Shown: positions 20,142-32,500 of the stretch, piece after piece
Numbering within the stretch: position 1 is the stretch's first letter
Layout: each line of letters begins with the position of its first letter
Origin: Clostridia bacterium
Lineage (GTDB): Bacteria; Bacillota; Clostridia; Monoglobales; Monoglobaceae
Direction: 5' to 3'
Assembly (NCBI GenBank): GCA_045576835.1
Contig: JAZNHF010000036.1
Location: 8,138 to 72,137, forward strand
Length of the DNA: 64,000 nucleotides
The notes under the pieces: generated by a model
The model's database searches: none
Told to the model about the DNA's origin: nothing
Seen by the model: only the letters and a program-made list of their open reading frames with translations
Program-made: the position numbers and the translations under genes

Positions 20142-21011
20142 TTGTATGTAATCAAGATAAAAAGGGTGACTTTATATATACTGATTGTTATGGTCGCAAT
20201 AGCAAGTGCGTTGATGTTTCTTAACTCATACGGTGCAGAGGGCGAACAGCCGAAAGGCGAATATTCACGCAAAATACCAATTTTGATGTATCACGCCATA
20301 TGTGAAAGCGAAAGCAAGGCAGGAAAGTTTGTGATAACTGCAAAGGCACTTGAAGAGGATTTAAAATATATCCAAAAAGAGGGATATACCACGATAAGCT
20401 CTGCAGAGCTTATCGCATTTGTCGAAGACGGAGCCCCGCTTCCCGAGAAGCCGATAATGCTTACCTTTGACGACGGATATTATAATAATTTTTGTTATGC
20501 ATTTCCGCTTCTTAAGCAATACAATGCAAAAGCAACTATTTCAATAATCGGCAAATATACAGACCTATACAGTGAGGTCCCCGAGGAAAATCCGAATTAT
20601 TCGCATATAACCTGGGAGCAAGCCCGGGAAATGTGTGACTCGGGGCTTGTTGAGATACAAAACCACAGCTACAATTCTCATACTACTGACCAAGGCAGAA
20701 ACGGAACCAAGAAAAAGAAAGGCGAGTCCGAGGCGGCATATACTGAGTATATATATTCAGATGTCGGTAAACTGCAAGAGGAAATTGAATTAAATCTTGG
20801 GTATACACCTGTTGTGTTTGCGTATCCGTTTGGCAGTGTAAGCGAAGCATCGTACAGCATTCTTAAGGATATGGGTTTTAAAGCAACGCTCTCTTGTGAG
20901 GAGAGGGTGAACGAGGTGTCTGTCGGCAAAAGCGAGGGGCTTTATATGCTCGGAAGATATTTACGAACAAACAAAAGAACTGCAGAAGATATCTTAGAGA
21001 AAAACAAATAA
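20142..21011 (+). CDS. Membrane-anchored polysaccharide deacetylase (NodB/CE4 family)
   Basis: N-terminal TM segment, 'PILMYH', 'LTFDDGY', 'NHSYNSH'. TTG 20142 sits 5 nt after AAGAGGTGA; the track start GTG 20133 lies inside that RBS. Confidence 0.8.
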   Translation: MYVIKIKRVTLYILIVMVAIASALMFLNSYGAEGEQPKGEYSRKIPILMYHAICESESKAGKFVITAKALEEDLKYIQKEGYTTISSAELIAFVEDGAPLPEKPIMLTFDDGYYNNFCYAFPLLKQYNAKATISIIGKYTDLYSEVPEENPNYSHITWEQAREMCDSGLVEIQNHSYNSHTTDQGRNGTKKKKGESEAAYTEYIYSDVGKLQEEIELNLGYTPVVFAYPFGSVSEASYSILKDMGFKATLSCEERVNEVSVGKSEGLYMLGRYLRTNKRTAEDILEKNK

Positions 21012-21025
21012 AATCAATGCAACAA

Positions 21026-21061
21026 AAAGCGGTTACCTCAAGGTATTGAGATAACCGCTTT
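21026..21061. terminator. Bidirectional terminator between convergent genes
   Basis: AAAGCGGTTA...TAACCGCTTT outer stem with inner CTCAA/TTGAG. Flanked by A-run and T-run. Confidence 0.8.
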
Positions 21062-21072
21062 AATATCAAATT

Positions 21073-22551
21073 TTATTGGTGGGGCGAAGCGGAGGATTGA
21101 AATCTTGGCTCGCAGGTCAGGTTCATACCGAGACGCTTAAACACCTTTTCGTCAACTGCCGATAGAATAACCGAGGAATGCACCTCGCATCCGCGGAGCT
21201 TTGATAGTTGCTCCATTGCAAGCTCTGCAACGGGGTCGGAGGTTGCACATATAGAAAGAGCAAGAAGAGCCTCGTCTGTGTGAAGTCTTGGGTTGCGGTT
21301 GCCGAGGTGGTCGACCTTCAGATGTTGAATAGGTCCGATTATATCGGGCGAAATAAGATGTATAGCATCATCAATCCCCGCAAGAGTTTTAAGTGCATTA
21401 AGCAAAAGAGCAGAGGATGCACCGAGCAACGACGAGGTCTTGCCCGTAACAATTTCGCCGTTTGGAAGCTCAATCGCTGATGCGGGCGAGCTTGTCCGTT
21501 CTGCTTCTTGGAGTGCGGCGGAGATTACGGGTCGGTCATTTGGCGAAATACCCGCCTTTTTCATCAAAAGCTCAAGCTTTAAAATAACATCCTGACCGAG
21601 CAGACCCTTGCGTCTGTCACAAAGGGCTGTATAATATCTGCGAACAATTTCCTGTCTTGATGCACCACATGTAATATCATCATCTATTATGCAGTTACCT
21701 GCCATATTTACGCCCATATCGGTCGGAGATTTGTATGGACACTTGCCCATTATTTTTTCAAACATAGCAGTTACAACTGGAAAGATTTCCACATCTCGGT
21801 TGTAGTTTACTGCCGTCTCGCCGTAGGCTTCAAGATGAAACGGGTCAATCATATTGACATCATTAAGGTCGGCGGTTGCCGCCTCGTATGCAAGGTTGAC
21901 GGGATGCTGAAGAGGAAGATTCCAGATAGGAAAGGTCTCAAATTTTGCATAGCCCGATTTAATTCCGCGCTTGTTTTCGTGATAGAGCTGTGAAAGACAG
22001 GTAGCCATTTTACCGCTTCCCGGTCCTGGAGCAGTAACCACGATAAGCTCCTTGCGTGTTTCAATATATTCATTCCTGCCGTAGCCGTCATCGCTTACGA
22101 TCTTTGCAATATCAGAGGGATAACCATCAATGGGGTAGTGTCTGTAAACGGGAATGCCTAAATTTTCGAGGCGATGTTGAAACGCTTCGGCGGTAGGTTG
22201 ACCCTTGAATTGTGTCATAACAACACTGCCAATATAAAGACCGATTGTGCGGAAACAATCAATAAGTCTGATTACATCCATATCATAGGTGATACCCAAG
22301 TCACCGCGAAGCTTGTTCTTTTCTATGTCAGCGGAATTGATAACAATAACAATTTCAACTCTTTCCTTGAGTTGAAGAAGCATACGAAGCTTACTGTCGG
22401 GTTTAAAACCGGGTAAGACTCTTGATGCGTGAAAATCGTCAAAAAGCTTGCCGCCGAATTCCAAATAGAGCTTACCGCCGAATTGTGAAATCCGCTCCCG
22501 TATATGTTCTGACTGCATCTGAAGATATTTTTCATTATCAAATCCAAGCAT
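21073..22551 (-). CDS. DUF1846 / UPF0371 family protein
   Basis: N-terminus 'GFDNEKYLQMQSEHIRERI..FGGKLYLEFGGKLFDDFHASRVLPGF' matches my recollection of UPF0371. 492 aa. Confidence 0.8.
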   Translation of the reverse strand: MLGFDNEKYLQMQSEHIRERISQFGGKLYLEFGGKLFDDFHASRVLPGFKPDSKLRMLLQLKERVEIVIVINSADIEKNKLRGDLGITYDMDVIRLIDCFRTIGLYIGSVVMTQFKGQPTAEAFQHRLENLGIPVYRHYPIDGYPSDIAKIVSDDGYGRNEYIETRKELIVVTAPGPGSGKMATCLSQLYHENKRGIKSGYAKFETFPIWNLPLQHPVNLAYEAATADLNDVNMIDPFHLEAYGETAVNYNRDVEIFPVVTAMFEKIMGKCPYKSPTDMGVNMAGNCIIDDDITCGASRQEIVRRYYTALCDRRKGLLGQDVILKLELLMKKAGISPNDRPVISAALQEAERTSSPASAIELPNGEIVTGKTSSLLGASSALLLNALKTLAGIDDAIHLISPDIIGPIQHLKVDHLGNRNPRLHTDEALLALSICATSDPVAELAMEQLSKLRGCEVHSSVILSAVDEKVFKRLGMNLTCEPRFQSSASPHQ

Positions 22552-22592
22552 TGCTATAATCCCTTTATCCTTTCTTAAACACTACTTTTTTA

Positions 22593-22621
22593 ATTATACA
22601 TTAAAAGTTTTCAGGTTGCAA
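22593..22621 (-). promoter_or_regulatory. SigmaA promoter for the DUF1846 gene
   Basis: On the minus strand: TTGCAA, 17 nt, TATAAT. Confidence 0.5.
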
Positions 22622-22737
22622 TACCGATTTAAAAAGATTTTTCAAAAAATAACAAAATAATTCCAAATTTTTACGCCGACACCAATTATGACATTATTTT
22701 TTAATACCCGCTTTTGCAAAAGTATTTATAATAGTTT

Positions 22738-22765
22738 GAACCCCGTTTCGAATGAAACGGGGTTC
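22738..22765 (-). terminator. Terminator-like hairpin downstream of the small Cys-rich gene
   Basis: GAACCCCGTTTC-GAAT-GAAACGGGGTTC 12-bp stem. The U-tail is poor in either orientation. Confidence 0.55.
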
Positions 22766-22775
22766 ATTATCGTTA

Positions 22776-22940
22776 TTACTGATTAGCAGGCTTAAATGTA
22801 ACACATTCTGTATCACAAGAACTGCAACAAGTCTTTGAAGAGCCTACTTCGATTTTGCTTGCGGTGCATTTATCGTCTGTTGTGTGATATGCACACTGTT
22901 GAACACTGCAGTAAATTCCGGGGTTAGTTGAATTTTCCAT
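22776..22940 (-). CDS. Small cysteine-rich protein, 54 aa, DUF1540-like; below the ORF-track size cutoff
   Basis: My translation: MENSTNPGIYCSVQQCAYHTTDDKCTASKIEVGSSKTCCSSCDTECVTFKPANQ*. GGAGG lies 9 nt before the ATG and a hairpin lies 10 nt after the stop. The 'C..Q.C.YH....C.A..I.V' pattern matches what I recall for DUF1540. Confidence 0.6.
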   Translation of the reverse strand: MENSTNPGIYCSVQQCAYHTTDDKCTASKIEVGSSKTCCSSCDTECVTFKPANQ

Positions 22941-23024
22941 AATACATATCCTCCGTTTGAATTATTCTCCCAAGTTTTATGGGTACAATAATTATACTGC
23001 ACGAAAATCCAAATTTTATGCAAA

Positions 23025-25758
<2,734 letters not shown>

Positions 25759-25849
25759 GAAAATACACCTCCGCTTATTTTATGTTATGCGTAACCGCTG
25801 TATATGTGAAAATATGCAGAAAACATACTTTTTTGCACAGCTTTTGATG

Positions 25850-25878
25850 TTGACAAAGTATATACCGTGTGGTATAAT
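25850..25878 (+). promoter_or_regulatory. Consensus sigmaA promoter for the GH2-like gene
   Basis: TTGACA, 17 nt, TATAAT. Confidence 0.65.
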
Positions 25879-25940
25879 CACCCTGATTTTGTATAAAAAG
25901 CAAGTCTTTTTCAAAGGACTGTAATCAGGAGGAATCTTAT

Positions 25941-28697
25941 ATGAATTATGCTTCGTTTTCTTTAAACGGAGATTGGGGTATGGCTTATTCAAAAGAAGCA
26001 TACCACGAAGAAAAATGCCCCGAAGTAGAATTCTTTAATATCGAGGATGCGGTACCTGGATATTGGGAGGATATGAAGGACAAATTTGCACTTGCACCAT
26101 TTTGCAGGGATATAAAAACAAATGAGATTGGTATGCAGCATTATCCCATTGCATATTATTCTCCTGATATGGTGCTTCCGAATATCTGGGGTAATTTTTA
26201 CTATAAAAAGACCTTTTCCTGTGAAGATATTACAAAACCAACGGAGCTTCATTTTGAGGGTGTGCAGAATACTGTTTCAGTATGGTTTAACGGTGTTTAT
26301 GTTGCTTGCCATAAGGGCTATAGCGAGTCGTTTGATATAAAAATTCCCGAGAAATTGATTGTAAATGGCGAGAATACAATAGTTTTATCAGTATCCAACT
26401 ACCTCCTTGAGGGTTATGATGGCGAGCCTGTTTCGGGTATTACCTCTCGTGCCGCGTGTAATGGTACAGGCGGTATAACGGGCGATGTTGAGCTTCGTGT
26501 ATATGAAAGCCCGATGCGTGATGTTGCGACACTTGTGTCAGATGATTTGAAAACGGTTACGGCAATAATTGATTGCACCGAGGATATAGATTACATATGG
26601 GAAGTATATGACGGAGAAAAGCTCTTGAAGAAGGGCAGCGGCACAGAGAGAAGGTTTACCTTTGAAACAGACGGGCTCTTACTTTGGAGCCCCGAAAATC
26701 CGAAGCTGTATACACTGAAGCTGACTGTCGGGACTGCGGTGTTTGAGCGTAGCTTTGGTGTGAGAATGCTTCTTGCCGATGGAATAAATTTAAAATTTAA
26801 CGGAATTCCATATTTTCTAAGAGGAATTTGTGAACATTGCTATTTCCCTGATACTGTGCATCCGCATCATAATATTTCTTATTACCGTGAGCTTATAAAG
26901 AAGATAAAGTCGCTCGGCTTTAACTTTATACGATTCCATACCCAAATTCCGGCAGATGAATATATGCAGGCGGCAGACGAGTTGGGTATATTGGTTCAGG
27001 TGGAGAGTGCGAACAACACAACGATTGAAGAGTGGAAGGAAATTGTTAGATTTTGCAGACGCCATCCGTCTGTTGTAATCTATTGTTGCGGAAACGAGCT
27101 GTTTTTGGACGAGCCGTTTATAGAGCATCTTGAAAAGTGCGGTGAAATTGTTCACGAGGAAACAGATGCACTCTTCTCGCCTATGAGTGCACTCCGTGGT
27201 GTCGAGTATTATTGGGCAAAGCACGAGCATGATGAACATACCCTGCATGAGCCGTTTGATTATCAGCCGTTAAGGTTGGAGATGATAAGAAAGTTCAGTG
27301 ATGTATACAACAGCTTTGCACAGGATAAATTAAGTTATTTCTATCTAGACGGAACAAAGGAAGAAATAGACAGCTGGAAATATCTCTATGACAAGCCAAG
27401 AATAAGCCACGAAATTTGTATTGACGGTACCTACACTGATTTAAGCCTTAAGGATAGATATAGGGGAAGTAGAATTGCTGATACGGCTATGCTTTCATCT
27501 ATTGAGAGCCATCTTGCTTCAAAGGGACTTCTGGAGAGAGCACCGCTCTTCTTCAAAAATTCTTCAGAGTGGCAGCGTCGTGTCCGCAAATACTGCTTTG
27601 AGCTTGCGAGAAGCTGTGAAACTATGGCGGGCTATGACTTTTTAGGTCCTATCGATACACATTGGCATACCTTTGGCTATAATGTTGGTATGATGAACGA
27701 GTTCTATGAATTAAAGCCTGGAGAAACAACAAGAAATGTCCTTATGTATAATTCGGAGACGGTTATTCTTTCAAACATACTAAGAAATACAAACCTTTTA
27801 AGTGGTGAAGAGCATAATTTTGAAATCTCTGTTTCCTACTTTGGAAAAGAAAAGCTTGACCTTGCCCGTCTGAACTTGTATATAAAGGATGAAAACAATG
27901 TTGTTATGCGTGAGAGCGTATCTGTCTGCGATGTTGAATGCGGTAAAATCTCAAAGCTCTTTGATTGGAATATAAAGCTTCCGATTGTTGAGAAACCAAA
28001 AGCCTACAAGCTTTATGCAACCCTTGACGGAGGCGAACTTTTTGCAGAAAACGAGTGGGAAATATATGTTTTCCCCAAAGCAGAGGAAATAAAAGAGGGT
28101 GAATATGGGGATACTATAATATCATCAGGTATGAGCCAGCAAGAGCTGACAAAGTATCTCGAAGACGGCAAGGATGTTATATTGTTTGGCACAGAACCAT
28201 TTGCAAGCCTGCCTACATCGTTCAGAATTGCCCTCGCAGGCAGAACCGAGGGAAATCTTGCAACTGTAATCAATGACAATGCTATCTTCAGGGATATTCC
28301 GCACGAGGGATTCTGTGGTTGGCAGTTTAACAAGCTTCTTGAAAAAGGCAGTGCCGTTTGCTTTGTAAATGATGATGTTGTTTTTGACCCGATAGTTGAG
28401 GTTGCTTCAACACATAAATTTGCCGTAAGGCAAGCGGCGGTGTTTGAATTTAACGCTTTAAACGGCAGACTTTTTGTATGCGGATTTAATTTTGAAGAGC
28501 GTGATGCAGGGGCAAAATGGCTCAAGGCAAGAATTTTGGATTATGTCAAGAGTGATGAATTTGAACCCGAGCATTATCTTGATGAAAAAATGCTTAAAGT
28601 CTTGATTGAGGGGGAGGTTGCTAAAGTTGGAAGAAACAGTAACCTTGCGTTTAATCCAAACGATATAACCGCGGTAAGAAAAAACAAGAAAAAGTAG
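25941..28697 (+). CDS. Glycoside hydrolase family 2-like protein, cytoplasmic, 918 aa
   Basis: Sugar-binding-domain-like 'NGENTIVLSVSNY', TIM-barrel 'FNFIRFHTQ', acid/base-like 'CCGNELF'. I see no signal peptide. Confidence 0.65.
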   Translation: MNYASFSLNGDWGMAYSKEAYHEEKCPEVEFFNIEDAVPGYWEDMKDKFALAPFCRDIKTNEIGMQHYPIAYYSPDMVLPNIWGNFYYKKTFSCEDITKPTELHFEGVQNTVSVWFNGVYVACHKGYSESFDIKIPEKLIVNGENTIVLSVSNYLLEGYDGEPVSGITSRAACNGTGGITGDVELRVYESPMRDVATLVSDDLKTVTAIIDCTEDIDYIWEVYDGEKLLKKGSGTERRFTFETDGLLLWSPENPKLYTLKLTVGTAVFERSFGVRMLLADGINLKFNGIPYFLRGICEHCYFPDTVHPHHNISYYRELIKKIKSLGFNFIRFHTQIPADEYMQAADELGILVQVESANNTTIEEWKEIVRFCRRHPSVVIYCCGNELFLDEPFIEHLEKCGEIVHEETDALFSPMSALRGVEYYWAKHEHDEHTLHEPFDYQPLRLEMIRKFSDVYNSFAQDKLSYFYLDGTKEEIDSWKYLYDKPRISHEICIDGTYTDLSLKDRYRGSRIADTAMLSSIESHLASKGLLERAPLFFKNSSEWQRRVRKYCFELARSCETMAGYDFLGPIDTHWHTFGYNVGMMNEFYELKPGETTRNVLMYNSETVILSNILRNTNLLSGEEHNFEISVSYFGKEKLDLARLNLYIKDENNVVMRESVSVCDVECGKISKLFDWNIKLPIVEKPKAYKLYATLDGGELFAENEWEIYVFPKAEEIKEGEYGDTIISSGMSQQELTKYLEDGKDVILFGTEPFASLPTSFRIALAGRTEGNLATVINDNAIFRDIPHEGFCGWQFNKLLEKGSAVCFVNDDVVFDPIVEVASTHKFAVRQAAVFEFNALNGRLFVCGFNFEERDAGAKWLKARILDYVKSDEFEPEHYLDEKMLKVLIEGEVAKVGRNSNLAFNPNDITAVRKNKKK

Positions 28698-28721
28698 AAC
28701 GATAAGAAAAGGGGAATATAT

Positions 28722-29543
28722 ATGAGTGAATGCAGCCATAATTGTTCATCCTGCGGCGAGAGCTGTAGCGAGAGAAAAGAGGAGAGCCTTCTTGCCCCGC
28801 TCAATAATATGAGCTCTGTAAAAAAGGTTATTGGTATCGTAAGCGGTAAAGGCGGAGTAGGTAAATCCTTGGTTACCGCACTTATGGCATCTGCGATGCA
28901 GAAAAAGGGTAACAGGTGTGCAGTGCTCGATGCGGATATTACAGGACCCTCAATCCCTAAAGTGTTTGGAATTGATGGTCAGGCGACGGGAAATGAATTT
29001 GGCATTCTTCCTATGGCAAGTGAGGGCGGAGTTGAGGTTATGTCGGTCAATCTTCTGCTTGAAGATGCAAGCGACCCCGTCGTTTGGCGAGGACCGATTA
29101 TTGCAGGCACGGTTAAGCAGTTCTGGACAGATGTCATCTGGGACAGCGTTGATTATATGTTTGTGGATATGCCGCCCGGAACGGGCGATGTTCCGTTGAC
29201 TGTTTTTCAGTCGCTTCCTGTTGACGGAATAATTGTTGTCACCTCCCCGCAAGAGCTTGTTTCGATGATTGTCGGCAAGGCGGTAAAGATGGCAGAGATG
29301 ATGAATGTCTCGATTTTGGGTCTTGTAGAGAATATGAGCTACATCGAATGTCCTGATTGCAAAAAGAAGATGTCTGTATTCGGAGAGAGCCATATTGACG
29401 AGATTGCACAGGAGCACAAGTTGGATATTCTCGGCAGAATTCCAATCGACCCGAAAATTGCAGCTGCCTGCGATGCAGGAAGAGTAGAAGATATCGACGC
29501 CGTGTGGCTCGAGCCTGCAGTTGATAAGTTATTAAATATGTAA
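28722..29543 (+). CDS. Mrp/NBP35 (ApbC-type) Fe-S cluster carrier ATPase
   Basis: 'GKGGVGKS' deviant Walker A, 'CPDCKKK', and an N-terminal Cys cluster 'CSHNCSSCGESC'. Confidence 0.85.
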   Translation: MSECSHNCSSCGESCSERKEESLLAPLNNMSSVKKVIGIVSGKGGVGKSLVTALMASAMQKKGNRCAVLDADITGPSIPKVFGIDGQATGNEFGILPMASEGGVEVMSVNLLLEDASDPVVWRGPIIAGTVKQFWTDVIWDSVDYMFVDMPPGTGDVPLTVFQSLPVDGIIVVTSPQELVSMIVGKAVKMAEMMNVSILGLVENMSYIECPDCKKKMSVFGESHIDEIAQEHKLDILGRIPIDPKIAAACDAGRVEDIDAVWLEPAVDKLLNM

Positions 29544-29557
29544 GTAAAGCAAGCATA

Positions 29558-29593
29558 CAAAAAGGGCACCCCGAAGGGTGCCCTTAATTTTTG
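29558..29593. terminator. Bidirectional terminator
   Basis: AAGGGCACCC-CGAA-GGGTGCCCTT flanked by A-run and T-run. Confidence 0.85.
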
Positions 29594-29597
29594 ACTA

Positions 29598-32500
29598 TTA
29601 GTCTTTTGCCATTCTCTTGTAGGTCTCGTATCTTGAAATAAGGTCTTTTTCTGCTTTTTCAAAGAGCTTCTCTGCAACCTCGGGATAACCCTTCTGGAGC
29701 ATAAGATAACGGTTCTCGCCCATCATAAAGTCGGTAATGCTTCCTGTCGGCTCTTTTGAATCAAGAACAAACGGATTTTTACCTTCTTCAGCAAGTGTGG
29801 GATTAAATCTCCAGAGATGCCAGTAACCTGTTTCAACTGCCTTCTTTTCTTCGGCAATAGAGTTACCCATACCGCCTTTAGCCTTGATACCGTGGTTGAT
29901 ACAAGGAGCGTATGCAATGATAAGTGACGGACCCGGATATGCCTCCGCCTCTTTGATTGCTTTGAGAGCTTGTGCCATATTAGCACCGAGAGCAATCTGT
30001 GCAACATATACATAGCCATATGTTGTAGCAATCATACCGAGGTCCTTCTTCTTAACCTTCTTACCTGATGCGGCAAACTTAGCAACTGCAGCAGTAGGAG
30101 TAGCTTTAGAAGACTGACCGCCTGTGTTTGAGTAAACCTCTGTATCTACAACGAAGATGTTGATATCCTCGCCTGATGCGATAACATGGTCAAGACCGCC
30201 GTAACCGATGTCGTATGCCCAACCGTCACCGCCAAATACCCACTGTGAACGCTTAACAAGGAAGTCGCATCTGTCAGCGATTTCTTTAATTGCAGGATTT
30301 GACATATCGGCGTCTTTAATAAGAGCTTCAATCTTTTCTGCTGCAGCCTTTGAGCCTTTAGCATCGTCCTTTGCACCCTGCCATTCCTTAAATGCAGCAG
30401 CAAGGTCAGAAGAAACAGCATCCATAGCCTCGTCCATTCTTGCAGCAAGTGTAGCTCTTATTTTGTTGTTTGCAATAACCATACCAAGACCGAATTCAGC
30501 GTTGTCCTCAAAGAGTGAGTTAGCCCAAGCGGGACCTCTGCCGTTTTCATCCTTGCAGTAAGGCATTGAAGGTGCACTGCCGCCCCAGATTGAGGTACAG
30601 CCTGTTGCGTTTGCAACCATCATTCTGTCACCAAAGAGCTGAGTGATAAGCTTGATATAAGGTGTTTCGCCGCAACCTGCACAAGCACCCGAGAATTCGA
30701 GATACGGCTGTGCAAACTGTGAGTTCTTAATATTAGAAGATGTGTCTACAAGGTTTGCTTTGTTGGTTACGCTATCCATAGCATAGCTCCAGTTAGGCTC
30801 TTCTGTAGGTGTAACCGCATCAATAGGCTTCATAACGAGAGCCTTGCCTTTAGGTGCGGGACATACATTAGCACAAACTCCGCAGCCAAGACAGTCAAGG
30901 GGTGATACCTGCATTCTGAATTCAAGACCTGCAAATTCCTTGCCCATAGCCTTCAGTGTTTCAAATGAAGCAGGAGCAGCAGCCTTTTCAGCCTCGTCTA
31001 CGAGAACGGGACGGATAGCAGCGTGCGGACAAACAAGCGAACATTGGTTACACTGGATACAGTTTTCTTTTACCCACTCGGGAACGAGAACTGCAACACC
31101 GCGTTTTTCAAATCTTGATGTACCTGTTTCAAATGTACCGTCTTCTCTGCCCTCAAATACGCTGACGGGAAGCTTGTTACCTCTCTGTGCATTAACGGGG
31201 TCAACAATATTCTTAATGAAATCGGGTCTTGAGCTGTCGTCTGTATCGTTGTCAACTGCCATCTTCCAGTCTGCGGGAACATCAATCTTAACGAGAGCGT
31301 CAACAGCACCGTCAACTGCGGCACAGTTCATATTAACGATTTCGTCACCCTTCTTGCCGTAGGTCTTTTTGATAGCCTCTTTAATAAGAGTAACTGCCTT
31401 ATCAAATGGGATAACTTCAGAGAGCTTAAAGAAAGCACCTTGAGTTACCATATTGATACGGGTCGGGCCAAGACCAACCTTTACTGCAACATCTACTGCG
31501 TTGATTGTGTAGAAGTTGATATCATTCTCTGCGATGTATCTCTTAACATTTGCAGGGAGTTTTTCATTTAATTCTTCAGGTGTCCATACACAGTTAAGGA
31601 GGAAGGTACCGCCTTTCTTAAGACCGTCAAGTACATCATACTGATATACATATGCGGGCTTGTGACAAGCGATGTAATCTGCCTCATCAAGGAGGTAGGT
31701 CGACTTAATGGGGGTCTTACCAAATCTGAGGTGAGACATAGTAACACCGCCTGACTTCTTTGAGTCATAGTCAAAGTAAGCCTGAGCGTACATATCTGTG
31801 TTATCACCGATAATCTTGATAGCATCTTTGTTTGCACCAACAGTACCGTCAGAACCAAAGCCCCAGAACTTACAACGGGTAGCACCTGCAGGTGCAGCGT
31901 TTACTCTCTCGCCAAGCTCGAGTGAAAGACCTGTAACATCGTCAACAATACCGATGGTAAAGCCGTTCTTGGGAGTTTTAGCGTTGAGGTTGTCAAATAC
32001 TGCAACGAGCTGTGTAGGTGTTGTATCCTTTGAACCGAGACCGTAACGGCCGCCGATAATCATAGGTGCGTTGTCGCAATCCTTGTAGAGACCGCAAACA
32101 TCAAGATAGAGAGGTTCGCCAAGTGAACCAGGCTCCTTTGTTCTGTCAAGAACAGCAATTTTCTGAACGGTCTTAGGCATTACATCAAAGAAGTATTTTG
32201 CCGAGAAAGGACGATAGAGATGAACCTCAAGTACACCAACTTTTCTGCCGCTTGCATTTAAGTAATCAACAGTCTCTTCAAGAGCCTGACATACGCTGCC
32301 CATAGCAACAATAACTTCGGTTGCGTCTTCTGCACCGTAGTAGTTAAAGGGCTTGTAGGTACGGCCTGTAATCTTGCTGATTTCTTTCATATAATCGGCA
32401 ACGATGTCGGGGATAGCTTCATAATATTTGTTAGAAGCCTCTCTGCCCTGGAAATAGATGTCACCGTTTTGAGCAGTACCGCGAAGTACAGGATGCTCGG

